Shown: positions 48,775 to 57,916 of the stretch, piece after piece
Layout of the letters: every line of letters begins with the position of its first letter
How positions within the stretch are numbered: position 1 is the first letter of the stretch
NCBI GenBank assembly: GCA_963837995.1
Contig: CAWIPS010000010.1
Location: 34,285 to 98,284 of the forward strand
Length of the DNA stretch: 64,000 nt
DNA from: an uncultured Actinomycetota bacterium
GTDB lineage: Bacteria; Actinomycetota; Actinomycetes; Propionibacteriales; Nocardioidaceae
Direction of reading: 5' to 3'
Made by a program: the position numbers and the translations under genes
The notes under the pieces: model-generated
What the model was told of the DNA's origin: nothing
The model's input: the letters and a program-made list of their open reading frames with translations, nothing else
Database searches by the model: none

Positions 48775-49850
48775 CGGCTGGTGACGTTCCGCCACTCGCG
48801 CAGCCAGACGTCGCGGTTCTTGGCGATCTCGGCCGGTGGGAGCGTGAACGGCTTCGACGGCGTCCGGGCGAACTTCGCCCAGTCAGGCGGCAGGGGGGCC
48901 TGCCGGTCGACGGGGAAGACGTACATGTTCTCGGGCAGCGCGCGCTGGAACGCCCGCTGGGTCATGAAGTGGACGAACGCCTTCGCGCCTGCGGGGTTGC
49001 TCGCGCCGGCCAGCACGCCGGCGTACTCCACCTGCCGGAAGCAGGTGTTCAGGAGGGCGCTGGTGGTGGGCCGGCGAGCTCCCTTGGGGATGGTGAACGG
49101 CGGCGACGAGTCGTAGGACACCACCAGCGGCCGGTCGCCGTGGCCGCCACCGGCGGTGAAGTCCACCTCGTAGGCGTCCGACCAGCCCGAGGTCAGCTTC
49201 GTGCCGTTGGCCATCAGCTTCTTCCAGTAGCCCGGCCAGCCGTCGCCGTACTTCGCGATGGTGGCGAGGAGGAACGCGAGGCCCGGGGAGCTGCTGCTCG
49301 CACCGGGGGTGACGAACAGGTCGCGGTAGGCGGGTCGGACCAGGTCGCCGAGGTTCCGCGGCGGCGCGAGGTGGTGCCGGGCGAACCAGACGTCGTCGAC
49401 GTTGACGCAGACGTCACCGAAGTCGATGGGGGTCAGCCGCGCGGCCTCGGCAGGGTCCTCGAGCGCGTAGTCGGAGGCGGACGCCGCCTGGTCCTCGGGT
49501 GTGTAGGCGGCCAGCACTCCCTGGTCGACGGCACGCGAGGCGAAGGTGTTGTCGATGCCGTAGGCCGCGTCGGCGATCGGTGACTGCTTGGTGAGCACCA
49601 GCTTGTTGGTCAGCTGGCCGGCGTCTCCGTTCGGCTCGATCTTGACGCTGTAGCCGGTCTGCTTCGTGAACCGGCGCATCACGTCAGCCGACATCGCCCA
49701 CGAGTCGTGCGTGGCGACGACCACGGTCTTGTCGGCCGCGGTGGTCGACTCCTCGCCACCACCGAGAGAGCAGGAGGCCAGCAGGCACAGGGCGAGCGCG
49801 GCGATGACGGCCGCACGGAGGTGGGCGGTCAGGAATCGTGGATGTGGCAT
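48771..49850 (-). CDS. thiB: Thiamine ABC transporter substrate-binding lipoprotein
   Basis: Lipobox LLASC, VATHDSW, GDAG, GIDNTF, IDFGDVCVN, SSSPGLAF, GWSDAY, VVSYDSSP. Confidence 0.92.
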   Translation of the reverse strand: MPHPRFLTAHLRAAVIAALALCLLASCSLGGGEESTTAADKTVVVATHDSWAMSADVMRRFTKQTGYSVKIEPNGDAGQLTNKLVLTKQSPIADAAYGIDNTFASRAVDQGVLAAYTPEDQAASASDYALEDPAEAARLTPIDFGDVCVNVDDVWFARHHLAPPRNLGDLVRPAYRDLFVTPGASSSSPGLAFLLATIAKYGDGWPGYWKKLMANGTKLTSGWSDAYEVDFTAGGGHGDRPLVVSYDSSPPFTIPKGARRPTTSALLNTCFRQVEYAGVLAGASNPAGAKAFVHFMTQRAFQRALPENMYVFPVDRQAPLPPDWAKFARTPSKPFTLPPAEIAKNRDVWLREWRNVTSR

Positions 49851-49899
49851 GGTCGTCTCCCGTTGGCTCTGGGAGGGGACCGCTGTGAAGCGGTCGAGA

Positions 49900-49992
49900 C
49901 TCGACTTCCTTCGTCGGTGCTAACCGAATCAGGTTCGAGGGTCTGCGGCGAGTCCCGCACTCTCAGCGCCCGGCGGCGCTCCCCTGTCGTTC
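49900..49992 (-). ncRNA. TPP (THI-box) riboswitch
   Basis: Minus strand ACAGGGGAGCGCC...GGGCGCTGAGAGTGCGG...CCGCAGACCCTCGAACCTGATTCGGTTAGCACCGACGAAGGAAGTC matches the TPP consensus (CTGAGA, ACCC-GAACCTGAT, GAAGG); directly upstream of thiB. Confidence 0.95.
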
Positions 49993-50151
49993 GCCGAGAC
50001 CCTACACCCGCAGCCCAACCGGGGTCCGGCCCGGTCAGAGGACCTCCTCGACATCCTCCGATCAGCGAGCCCCGGGTGTGGCGCAAAGCACAGAGGTATG
50101 GCATAACGGAGCCGGACAACGCCAACTCTTCCCCCGGACAGGAGACGTATC

Positions 50152-50997
50152 TTGCGCAACAACCTCGTCGGCGAGCTGTGTGCAGAGTTCGCCGGCACCA
50201 TGATCCTCATCCTGTTCGGGACCGCGGTCGTGGCGCAGGTGGTCACCACCTCCGGCACCGACGCGCCGGCCGGGGGACACGACGCCATCACCTGGGCCTG
50301 GGGCATCGGGGTGACCCTCGGCGTCTACACGGCCGCCCGGCTGAGCGGAGCGCACATCAACCCCGCCGTGACGCTGGCGCTGGCCGCGTTCAAGGGCTTC
50401 TCGTGGGGCAAGGTGGCGCCGTACATGCTGGCGCAGCTGGTCGGCGCGTTCGCCGGCGCCCTCATCGTCCGGTTCACCTACTCGGACCTGATCAACTCCG
50501 TCGACCCGAAGCACACCATCGCCACCCAGGGCATCTTCTCCACGCTGCCCGGCAACGGCGCCTACGAGGTCAGCGTCACGAACGCGTTCTTCGACCAGGT
50601 GGTCGGCACCGCGATCCTGGTGTTCGTGGTCTTCGCGCTGACCACGGCCAACAACAACCCCCCGCTGGCCAACTTCGGCCCGGTGGTGATCGGTCTGCTC
50701 GTCGTCGCGATCGGGATGGCCTGGGGTGTGAACGCGGGCTACGCCATCAACCCGGCGAGGGACTTCGGGCCCCGGCTCGCGACCATGCTCACCGGCTACG
50801 GCAACACGCTCGAGGACCAGAACGGCTATCTCTACTTCTGGGTGCCGATCGTCGGGCCGCTGCTCGGCGGCCTGGTCGGCGGTGGCCTGTTCAAGCTGCT
50901 CATCGAGAGCAACCTGCCCAAGGACGAGAGCGAGGAGTACGGCGACCCCACGGTCGGCGAGCCCGAGCACGACGCGGCCCACGACCGGCTCGCCTGA
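50152..50997 (+). CDS. glpF: Glycerol uptake facilitator (MIP)
   Basis: Two NPA motifs (HINPAVT, AINPARDFGPR); TTG start after AGGAG. Confidence 0.95.
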   Translation: MRNNLVGELCAEFAGTMILILFGTAVVAQVVTTSGTDAPAGGHDAITWAWGIGVTLGVYTAARLSGAHINPAVTLALAAFKGFSWGKVAPYMLAQLVGAFAGALIVRFTYSDLINSVDPKHTIATQGIFSTLPGNGAYEVSVTNAFFDQVVGTAILVFVVFALTTANNNPPLANFGPVVIGLLVVAIGMAWGVNAGYAINPARDFGPRLATMLTGYGNTLEDQNGYLYFWVPIVGPLLGGLVGGGLFKLLIESNLPKDESEEYGDPTVGEPEHDAAHDRLA

Positions 50998-51061
50998 GTC
51001 GAGCAGCACCCGCAGCACCTGACCCGCAGCAGACGACACCGAAACTCGAGGAGCCAACCCC

Positions 51062-52579
51062 ATGCCGGACTACGTCGGCGCAGTCGACCAGGGCACCACC
51101 AGCACCCGCTTCATGATCTTCGACCACGGCGGCAACGAGGTCGCACGTCACCAGGTCGAGCACGAGCAGATCCTTCCCCAGTCCGGCTGGGTGGAGCACA
51201 ACCCGGTGGAGATCTGGGAGAACACCAAGGAGGTCATCTCCAAGGGTCTGGAGAACGCCGGCCTGACGCACACCGACCTCGTCGCGCTCGGCATCACGAA
51301 CCAGCGCGAGACGACCGTCGTGTGGAACAAGAAGACCGGCGAGCCCTACTACAACGCGATCGTCTGGCAGGACACCCGCACCGACAAGATCGCCTCCAAG
51401 CTCGAGCGGGACGGGCACGCCGACACGATCAAGCACAAGGCGGGCATCCCACCGGCGACGTACTTCTCCGGCGGCAAGATCAAGTGGATCCTCGACAACG
51501 TCGACGGGGTCCGGGAGGCGGCGGAGAAGGGCGACGCCGTGTTCGGCAACACCGACTCCTGGGTGGTCTGGCACCTGACCGGCGGCAAGGACGGAGGCGT
51601 GCACATCACCGAGCCGACCAACGCCTCCCGCACCATGCTGATGGACCTGGAGACGCTGCAGTGGGACGACGAGCTGCTCGAGATCTTCGACATCCCGCGG
51701 GCGATGCTGCCGGAGATCAAGCCGTCCTCCTTCGCCGACGGCTACGGCAAGACCCTCGCGGACGGACCGCTCGGCGGGGAGGTGCCGCTGACCGGGATCC
51801 TCGGCGACCAGCAGGCGGCCACGGTGGGCCAGGTCTGCTTCGCGCCGGGTGAGGCGAAGAACACCTACGGCACCGGCAACTTCATGCTGCTGAACACGGG
51901 CACCGAGATCGTCCGCTCGAAGTCGGGACTGCTGACCACCGTCGGCTACAAGTTCGGCGACGAGGACACCGTCTACTGCCTCGAGGGCTCGATCGCGGTG
52001 ACCGGCTCGGCGGTGCAGTGGCTGCGTGACCAGCTGGGCATCATCGCCGACGCCTCGGAGTCCGAGACGCTGGCCCGTGAGGTCGAGGACAACGGCGACA
52101 TGTACTTCGTGCCCGCGTTCTCGGGGCTCTTCGCGCCGTACTGGCGGTCCGACGCCCGCGGCGTGATCGTCGGGCTGTCCCGCTTCAACACCAAGTCCCA
52201 CCTCGCGCGGGCCACCCTGGAGAGCATCTGCTGGCAGAGCCGGGACGTCGCCGAGGCCATGGAGAAGGACTCCGGGGTCAAGCTGGAGGTGCTCAAGGTC
52301 GACGGCGGGGTCACCGCCAACGAGCTGTGCATGCAGATCCAGGCAGACGTGCTGGGCGTGTCCGTGAGCCGGCCGGTGGTCGCCGAGACGACCGCCCTCG
52401 GTGCGGCGTACGCCGCCGGGCTGGCCGTCGGCTTCTGGAAGGACACCGACGAGCTGCGCGAGAACTGGAACGAGGCCAAGCGGTGGGAGCCGGCCTGGGA
52501 CGACAAGCAGCGTGAGACCGGCTTCGCCAAGTGGAAGAAGGCGGTCAACAAGACGCTGGACTGGGTGGATGTGGACTGA
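51062..52579 (+). CDS. glpK: Glycerol kinase
   Basis: [47 protein letters not shown]. Confidence 0.98.
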   Translation: MPDYVGAVDQGTTSTRFMIFDHGGNEVARHQVEHEQILPQSGWVEHNPVEIWENTKEVISKGLENAGLTHTDLVALGITNQRETTVVWNKKTGEPYYNAIVWQDTRTDKIASKLERDGHADTIKHKAGIPPATYFSGGKIKWILDNVDGVREAAEKGDAVFGNTDSWVVWHLTGGKDGGVHITEPTNASRTMLMDLETLQWDDELLEIFDIPRAMLPEIKPSSFADGYGKTLADGPLGGEVPLTGILGDQQAATVGQVCFAPGEAKNTYGTGNFMLLNTGTEIVRSKSGLLTTVGYKFGDEDTVYCLEGSIAVTGSAVQWLRDQLGIIADASESETLAREVEDNGDMYFVPAFSGLFAPYWRSDARGVIVGLSRFNTKSHLARATLESICWQSRDVAEAMEKDSGVKLEVLKVDGGVTANELCMQIQADVLGVSVSRPVVAETTALGAAYAAGLAVGFWKDTDELRENWNEAKRWEPAWDDKQRETGFAKWKKAVNKTLDWVDVD

Positions 52580-52622
52580 GTCGTAGCCTGGCCCCGTCCC
52601 AACCCACGACCGGAGGAACAAC

Positions 52623-54344
52623 ATGAAGTCCGTGGCCTTGTCGCCGCAGCAACGTGAAGCAGCACTCGACGCGATGGAGTCCCAGCAGCTCGACGTCCTC
52701 GTCGTCGGTGCCGGCGTCGTGGGGTCCGGGGCCGCCCTCGACGCCGCCACCCGCGGCCTGGAGGTCGGCCTGGTCGAGGCCCGTGACTTCGCGTCGGGGA
52801 CCTCGAGCCGGTCCAGCAAGCTGATCCACGGTGGCCTGCGCTACCTGGAGATGCTGGACTTCCGCCTGGTGGCCGAGGCCCTGCAGGAGCGCGGCCTGCT
52901 GATCCAGAAGCTGGCCCCGCACCTGGTCCGCCCGGTCCCGTTCGTCTACCCGCTGCACGGGCGGGTCTGGGAGCGGCTGTACGCCGGCGCCGGCGTGGCG
53001 CTCTACGACTCGCTCGGCCTGCTCTCGGGCACCGCGCGCGGGGTGCCGCACCACCGGCACCTGTCGCGTCGCAAGGCGCTGCAGATCGTGCCGGGGATGC
53101 GCAAGGACTCGCTGATCGGTGCGCTGCAGTACTACGACGCGCAGGTCGACGACGCCCGGCACACGATGTTCATCGCCCGCACGGCGGCCGCCTACGGCGC
53201 GCACGTGGCCAGCCGCGCCCGGGTGGTGGAGTTCCTCAAGGAGGGCGAGCGGGTCTGCGGCGCCGTCGTACAGGACCTGGAGAGCGGGCGCACCATCAAC
53301 GTGCAGGCCCGGCAGGTGGTGAACTCGACGGGCGTGTGGACCGACGACACCCAGTCGCTGGTCGGTGAGCGCGGCCAGTTCCACGTGCGGGCGTCCAAGG
53401 GCATCCACCTCGTGGTCCCGAGGGACCGGATCCGTTCGGACTCCGGGCTCATCCTGCGCACCGAGAAGTCGGTGCTGTTCGTCATCCCGTGGGGACACCA
53501 CTGGATCGTCGGCACCACCGACACGGACTGGGAGCTGGACAAGGCGCACCCGGCCGCGAGCTCCAACGACATCGACTACCTGCTCCAGCACGTCAACGAG
53601 GTCCTGGAGATCCCGCTGACCCGGGGGGACGTCGAAGGGGTCTACGCCGGCCTGCGCCCGCTGCTGAAGGGCGAGACCGAGGCCACCTCGAAGCTGTCCC
53701 GCGAGCACGCCGTCGCCCACACGGTGCCCGGCCTGGTGGTGGTGGCCGGTGGCAAGTACACGACGTACCGCGTGATGGCCAAGGACGCCGTGGACGAGGC
53801 CGTGCACGGCCTGGAGCGGTCCATGGACCGCCGGGTCCCCCAGTCGACCACCAAGGACGTGCCCCTGCTCGGTGCCGAGGGCTACGCGGCGTTGTGGAAC
53901 TCGCGGCACCGGCTGTCGGCGAGCAGCGGCCTGCACCTGGTGCGGATCGAGCACCTGCTGCAGCGCTACGGGACGCTGGTCGAGGAGATCCTCGAGCTGG
54001 TCGCCGAGGACCGCACCCTCGGCGAGCCGCTGGAGGGCACCGACGACTACCTGCGGGCTGAGGTCGTCTACGCGGTGACCCACGAGGGCGCACGACACCT
54101 CGACGACGTGCTGACCCGGCGCACCCGCATCTCGATCGAGACCTTCCACCGCGGCACGGCCTCGGCGCAGGACACTGCGGTGCTGATGGCCGGTGCCCTG
54201 GGTTGGAGCGACGAGCAGCGCGACCGGGAGGTCGAGCACTACCTGCAGCGGGTCGCGGCGGAGCGGGAGAGCCAGGAGATGCCGGACGACCAGACCGCCG
54301 ACGCGGCACGCCTGGGGGCACCGGATGTCGTTCCCCTGGCGTGA
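52623..54344 (+). CDS. glpD: FAD-dependent glycerol-3-phosphate dehydrogenase
   Basis: VVGAGVVG, GTSSRSSKLIHGGLRYLE, AGLRPL, GGKYTTYR. Confidence 0.96.
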   Translation: MKSVALSPQQREAALDAMESQQLDVLVVGAGVVGSGAALDAATRGLEVGLVEARDFASGTSSRSSKLIHGGLRYLEMLDFRLVAEALQERGLLIQKLAPHLVRPVPFVYPLHGRVWERLYAGAGVALYDSLGLLSGTARGVPHHRHLSRRKALQIVPGMRKDSLIGALQYYDAQVDDARHTMFIARTAAAYGAHVASRARVVEFLKEGERVCGAVVQDLESGRTINVQARQVVNSTGVWTDDTQSLVGERGQFHVRASKGIHLVVPRDRIRSDSGLILRTEKSVLFVIPWGHHWIVGTTDTDWELDKAHPAASSNDIDYLLQHVNEVLEIPLTRGDVEGVYAGLRPLLKGETEATSKLSREHAVAHTVPGLVVVAGGKYTTYRVMAKDAVDEAVHGLERSMDRRVPQSTTKDVPLLGAEGYAALWNSRHRLSASSGLHLVRIEHLLQRYGTLVEEILELVAEDRTLGEPLEGTDDYLRAEVVYAVTHEGARHLDDVLTRRTRISIETFHRGTASAQDTAVLMAGALGWSDEQRDREVEHYLQRVAAERESQEMPDDQTADAARLGAPDVVPLA

Positions 54345-54787
54345 CCCCCTCCGACGTCGAGGGTGACGTCCACGTCGAGGCGTTCGACGAGCTCGACGCC
54401 CGCACCGCCTATCTCCTCTGGCAGCTGCGGGTGTCGGTGTTCGTGGTGGAGCAGCAGTGCCCCTACCAGGAGCTCGACGGGCGCGACCTGGAGCCCGGGA
54501 CGAGGCACGTCTGGGTCGGCCCTCCGGACGCCCCGGTCGGCTATCTGAGGGTGCTCGAGGACGGCGAGCAGCTGAAGATCGGCCGGGTCGTGGTCGCCCG
54601 GTCGCACCGGGGACGCGGGATCTCCGGACTGTTGATGCGGGCGGCTCTGCAGGTCATCGGCGACCGCCCGTCCACCCTGGACGCCCAGTCACCGCTCGCA
54701 CCCTGGTACGCCGGCTACGGCTACGCGCAAGCCGGTGCGGAGTTCGTCGAGGACGGCATCCCGCACGTGCCGATGCGGCGCGGCTGA
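54341..54787 (+). CDS. GNAT acetyltransferase, ElaA-like
   Basis: LRVSVFVVEQQCPYQELDG, IGRVVV...RGRG, AQSPL, EDGIPHVPM; GTGA overlap with glpD. Confidence 0.9.
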   Translation: MTPSDVEGDVHVEAFDELDARTAYLLWQLRVSVFVVEQQCPYQELDGRDLEPGTRHVWVGPPDAPVGYLRVLEDGEQLKIGRVVVARSHRGRGISGLLMRAALQVIGDRPSTLDAQSPLAPWYAGYGYAQAGAEFVEDGIPHVPMRRG

Positions 54788-54795
54788 GCGTTCTC

Positions 54796-54817
54796 CGCCA
54801 GACCCGCCGGGTCGACG
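54796..54817. repeat. Single REP-like copy CGCCAGACCCGCCGGGTCGACG
   Basis: Same core; located between convergent genes. Confidence 0.7.
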
Positions 54818-54928
54818 CCGCCCGGGCCGCCAGGCGTGCCGAAGGACAGGAGACTCTCCCGTGAAACCGGCCCAACGTGGCCCCGGAGCGAGAGCCTCCT
54901 GTTCTCCGGCACGTCGGCAGCCAGGCGG

Positions 54929-55960
54929 CTACTGGGGGACCGGCGCGAAGACCAGGACCCCGTCGACCTCGCTGCGCGTGACCCGGCCCTGGGCCGCCAG
55001 CAGCTCCAGGTGCGCGAGCGTCTCCATCGACGCGAGAGCCGTGTTGAACACGTCGAGGTCCACGAGCCGGCGCGCGCGCCGCGTCCAGGGCAGGTCGGTG
55101 GCGACGTCGTACGCGGTCCGCCGGCCGGCCCGCACGGACTCCAGGCACAGCCGCAGCCGCTCCTCGTGGTGGGCGACCAGCTCGTCCACGCGGTCGTGGA
55201 CCGACGCGGTGACCGGCCCGTGCGCGGGCAGCAGCCGTAGGTCCGGCATCGCCCGGACCTTGGCCAGCGAGGCGAGGAAGTCACCGAGCGGGTGGGTGGC
55301 CGCCGCGAGCTCGAAGCCGATGGACGGCGTGATGGAGGGCAGCACGTGGTCGCCCGCGAACAGCAGCCCCGCCTCCAGGTCCGCGAAGACGAAGTGCCCC
55401 CGGGTGTGCCCGGGTGTCGAGACGGCGTCGATCGTCCGGGTGCCGACGCCGAGCCGGTGGTCGCCCTCCAGCCACGCGTCGGGGAGCTCCCACATCGAGG
55501 GCGTCGGCCCGTCCTCGGTGAGGCGGTGGGCCTCCCACGAGCGGGCCGTCCGGTGGGCGCCGGCCCGGTCCAGCAGCCGCGGGAAGGTGTCGTGCTCCAC
55601 GTCCGGGTCGAGGATCATCTCGAGCGTGGCGCGCTCCCCGATGCCGAGGCTCACGTGCGACCCGACCTCGCGGCGTACGGCGACCGCCTGCGTGTAGTGG
55701 TCACGGTGCGCGTGCGTCACCAGGAACCGGGTGACGTCCCGCACCCGGTGACCGATGCTGGCCAGCGACCGGTCGAGCTGCGAGCGGGACTCCTGCAGCG
55801 CCCAGCCCCCGTCGATGAGGGTGAGTCCCTCCTCGGTCTCGATCGAGTAGACGTTGACCGCGCGCAGCCCGTCCATCGGCAACGGCAACGGGATGCGGTG
55901 GATGCCGTCGGCGACCGGGTAGGCGCCCGGCTCGGTCCAGTCGGGCTGGTCGCTGCTCAC
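54929..55960 (-). CDS. MBL-fold metallo-hydrolase
   Basis: IHRIPLPL, LIDGG, THAHRDH (HxHxDH), TPGHTRGH, FAGDHVLP, LPAHG; start GTG 55960. Confidence 0.92.
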   Translation of the reverse strand: MSSDQPDWTEPGAYPVADGIHRIPLPLPMDGLRAVNVYSIETEEGLTLIDGGWALQESRSQLDRSLASIGHRVRDVTRFLVTHAHRDHYTQAVAVRREVGSHVSLGIGERATLEMILDPDVEHDTFPRLLDRAGAHRTARSWEAHRLTEDGPTPSMWELPDAWLEGDHRLGVGTRTIDAVSTPGHTRGHFVFADLEAGLLFAGDHVLPSITPSIGFELAAATHPLGDFLASLAKVRAMPDLRLLPAHGPVTASVHDRVDELVAHHEERLRLCLESVRAGRRTAYDVATDLPWTRRARRLVDLDVFNTALASMETLAHLELLAAQGRVTRSEVDGVLVFAPVPQ

Positions 55961-56048
55961 CGGACCAGTCTCCCAGCCCGGCCGCTCGGGTGTCGGGTCG
56001 GGCACCTCTCGTTGTAGCGGGCCGGGGCCACTCGTAGCCTGGGCCGTC

Positions 56049-57287
56049 ATGACCAGCAAGCGGACGACCGGCGGGGTGACTCCCGGCGGGCGGACGGCCG
56101 GCGGGCTCCTCTCGGGGAGCCGCGAGCTGCGCCGGCTCAACCTGGCCATGCTGTTCGCGGCGCTGGCGGCGTTCGGGATGCTGTACTCCACCCAGGCCCT
56201 GCTGCCCGCCATCGGCGCCGCGTTCGACGTCGGGCCGACCGCTGCCAGCCTGACCGTCTCGGCGTCCACCGGCGCACTGGCCCTGGCGATCCTCCCGCTG
56301 TCCTCGGCCGCGGAGTCCTTCGGGCGGGTGCCGGTGATGCGGGTCGGACTGCTGACGGCGTGCCTGTGCACCTTCGTGGTCGCCGCGGCGCCGGTGTTCT
56401 GGCTGCTGCTGGTGGCCCGGGCCCTGGTGGGCGTGGCACTGGCCGCGGTCGTCGCGGTGGCGGTTGCGCACCTCGGCGACGAGGTGCACCCGGCCGAGCT
56501 GGGCACCGCGATCGGGGTCTACGTGGCGGGCAACACCCTCGGCGGGATCATGGGACGGCTGGTCCCGGGCCTCGTGGAGGAGAGCAGCTCGTGGCGGGCC
56601 GGGGTGGCCCTGCTGGGTGCGGTGGCCCTGGCCGCCTCGGTCGCCTTCGTGCGGATGCTCCCGCGGGCCGGCAGGCAGCGGTCGGTCGCATCCAGCCCCC
56701 GCGAGCACCTGCACGCGGTGCGGGAGCTCGCCCGCGACCCGGGCATCGCGCGGCTGTGCCTGCTCGCGTTCCTGCTGATGGGCGGGTTCGTCGCCTGCTA
56801 CAACTACCTCACGTTCCGGCTCGAGGGCTCGCCGCTGCGCCTGAGCACGACGGTCACCTCCCTGCTGTTCCTGGCCTACCTGGCCGGCACGCTCAGCTCG
56901 CCGCTGGCCGGGCGGCTCTCGGACCGGTTCGGCCGCAGGCGCCTGGCCCTGCTGGGGATCCTCACCTCCCTGGCCGGGCTGGCACTCATGCTGCCGGACC
57001 GGCTGGCGTTCATCACCGTGGGGCTGCTGGTGTTCACGTTCGGCTTCTTCGCCACCCACTCGGTGGCGAGCTCCTGGGTGTCCTCGCGCGCCGAGGGACG
57101 CCGCGGCCAGGCCGCGGCGATGTACCTGCTGGCCTACTACCTCGGCTCCAGCACCTTCGGGGCCCTGATCGGGCTGGCCTACCAGTACGACGGGTGGCCG
57201 GCCGCCGCGGCCGGCATCGCGCTGCTGTTCGTGCTGGGCGCCCTCACCGTGTCCGGGGTGCGGGAGCCCCGGCGCCCTGCGACCTGA
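56049..57287 (+). CDS. MFS transporter (YnfM-like)
   Basis: LYSTQALLP, GRVPVM, GVYVAGNTLGG, FVACYNYLTFRL, FFATHSVASSWV, YYLGSS. Confidence 0.92.
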   Translation: MTSKRTTGGVTPGGRTAGGLLSGSRELRRLNLAMLFAALAAFGMLYSTQALLPAIGAAFDVGPTAASLTVSASTGALALAILPLSSAAESFGRVPVMRVGLLTACLCTFVVAAAPVFWLLLVARALVGVALAAVVAVAVAHLGDEVHPAELGTAIGVYVAGNTLGGIMGRLVPGLVEESSSWRAGVALLGAVALAASVAFVRMLPRAGRQRSVASSPREHLHAVRELARDPGIARLCLLAFLLMGGFVACYNYLTFRLEGSPLRLSTTVTSLLFLAYLAGTLSSPLAGRLSDRFGRRRLALLGILTSLAGLALMLPDRLAFITVGLLVFTFGFFATHSVASSWVSSRAEGRRGQAAAMYLLAYYLGSSTFGALIGLAYQYDGWPAAAAGIALLFVLGALTVSGVREPRRPAT

Positions 57288-57630
57288 CCCGTTGTACGAC
57301 GAGCAGGACCGCCACCGCGCACACGGCCGCACCGGGAAGGGCCAGCAGGCCGGGACGCGTGCCGAACATGAGGAACGCCCACACGGCGGTCGTCGGCGGG
57401 GTCAGGAACAGCAGGGTGCTGACCCGCGTGGCACCGCTGCGTCGGAGCACGAGGAGATAGCTGCCGTAGCCGCCGAACGTGGACAGCCCGACCACCCAGA
57501 GCACCGAGGACCAGAACCGCGGGTCGGCGGGTGGGGCGAGGTGGTGGTCCAGGGTCGCCACCACCGCGAAGAACACCGTGGCCGTCAGCGTCTGCACGGT
57601 CAGCGACTCCAGGAGTTCGCCGAGCTCGGC
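57244..57630 (-). pseudogene. 3' remnant of an EamA/DMT transporter
   Basis: LLESLTVQ...LSTFGGYGSYLLVLRRSGATRVSTLLFLTPPTTAVWAFLMFG is a second EamA repeat; no 5' half. Confidence 0.8.
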
Positions 57631-57852
57631 GGCACCGAGCACGTCGCGCTGCCCGTCGTACGCACGGAGAAGGCGTGGATGCGGCAGCTGTTCACGGCGC
57701 TCGTCGAGGAGGCGGGGTACGACGACCCGCCGACGCTCGGCGCGCAGCTGCACCTGCTCTACGAGGGTGCGACCGTGGCGCTGACCGCGGGAGACCTCGA
57801 CGACGCCCTGGTGCTGGCCCGCCGGGCGGGGGCCCGGCTGCTGGACACCTGA
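57619..57852 (+). pseudogene. 3' remnant of a TetR-family regulator
   Basis: AELGGTEHVALPVVRTEKAWMRQLF...DPPTLGAQLHLLYEGA is a TetR C-terminal pattern; HTH absent. Confidence 0.7.
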
Positions 57853-57916
57853 GCCGGCTCAACCGCGGGCGGCGGCCGACCCGGCCCAGGTGCCTCGGCA
57901 GCCAGGGCCCCTCGGC

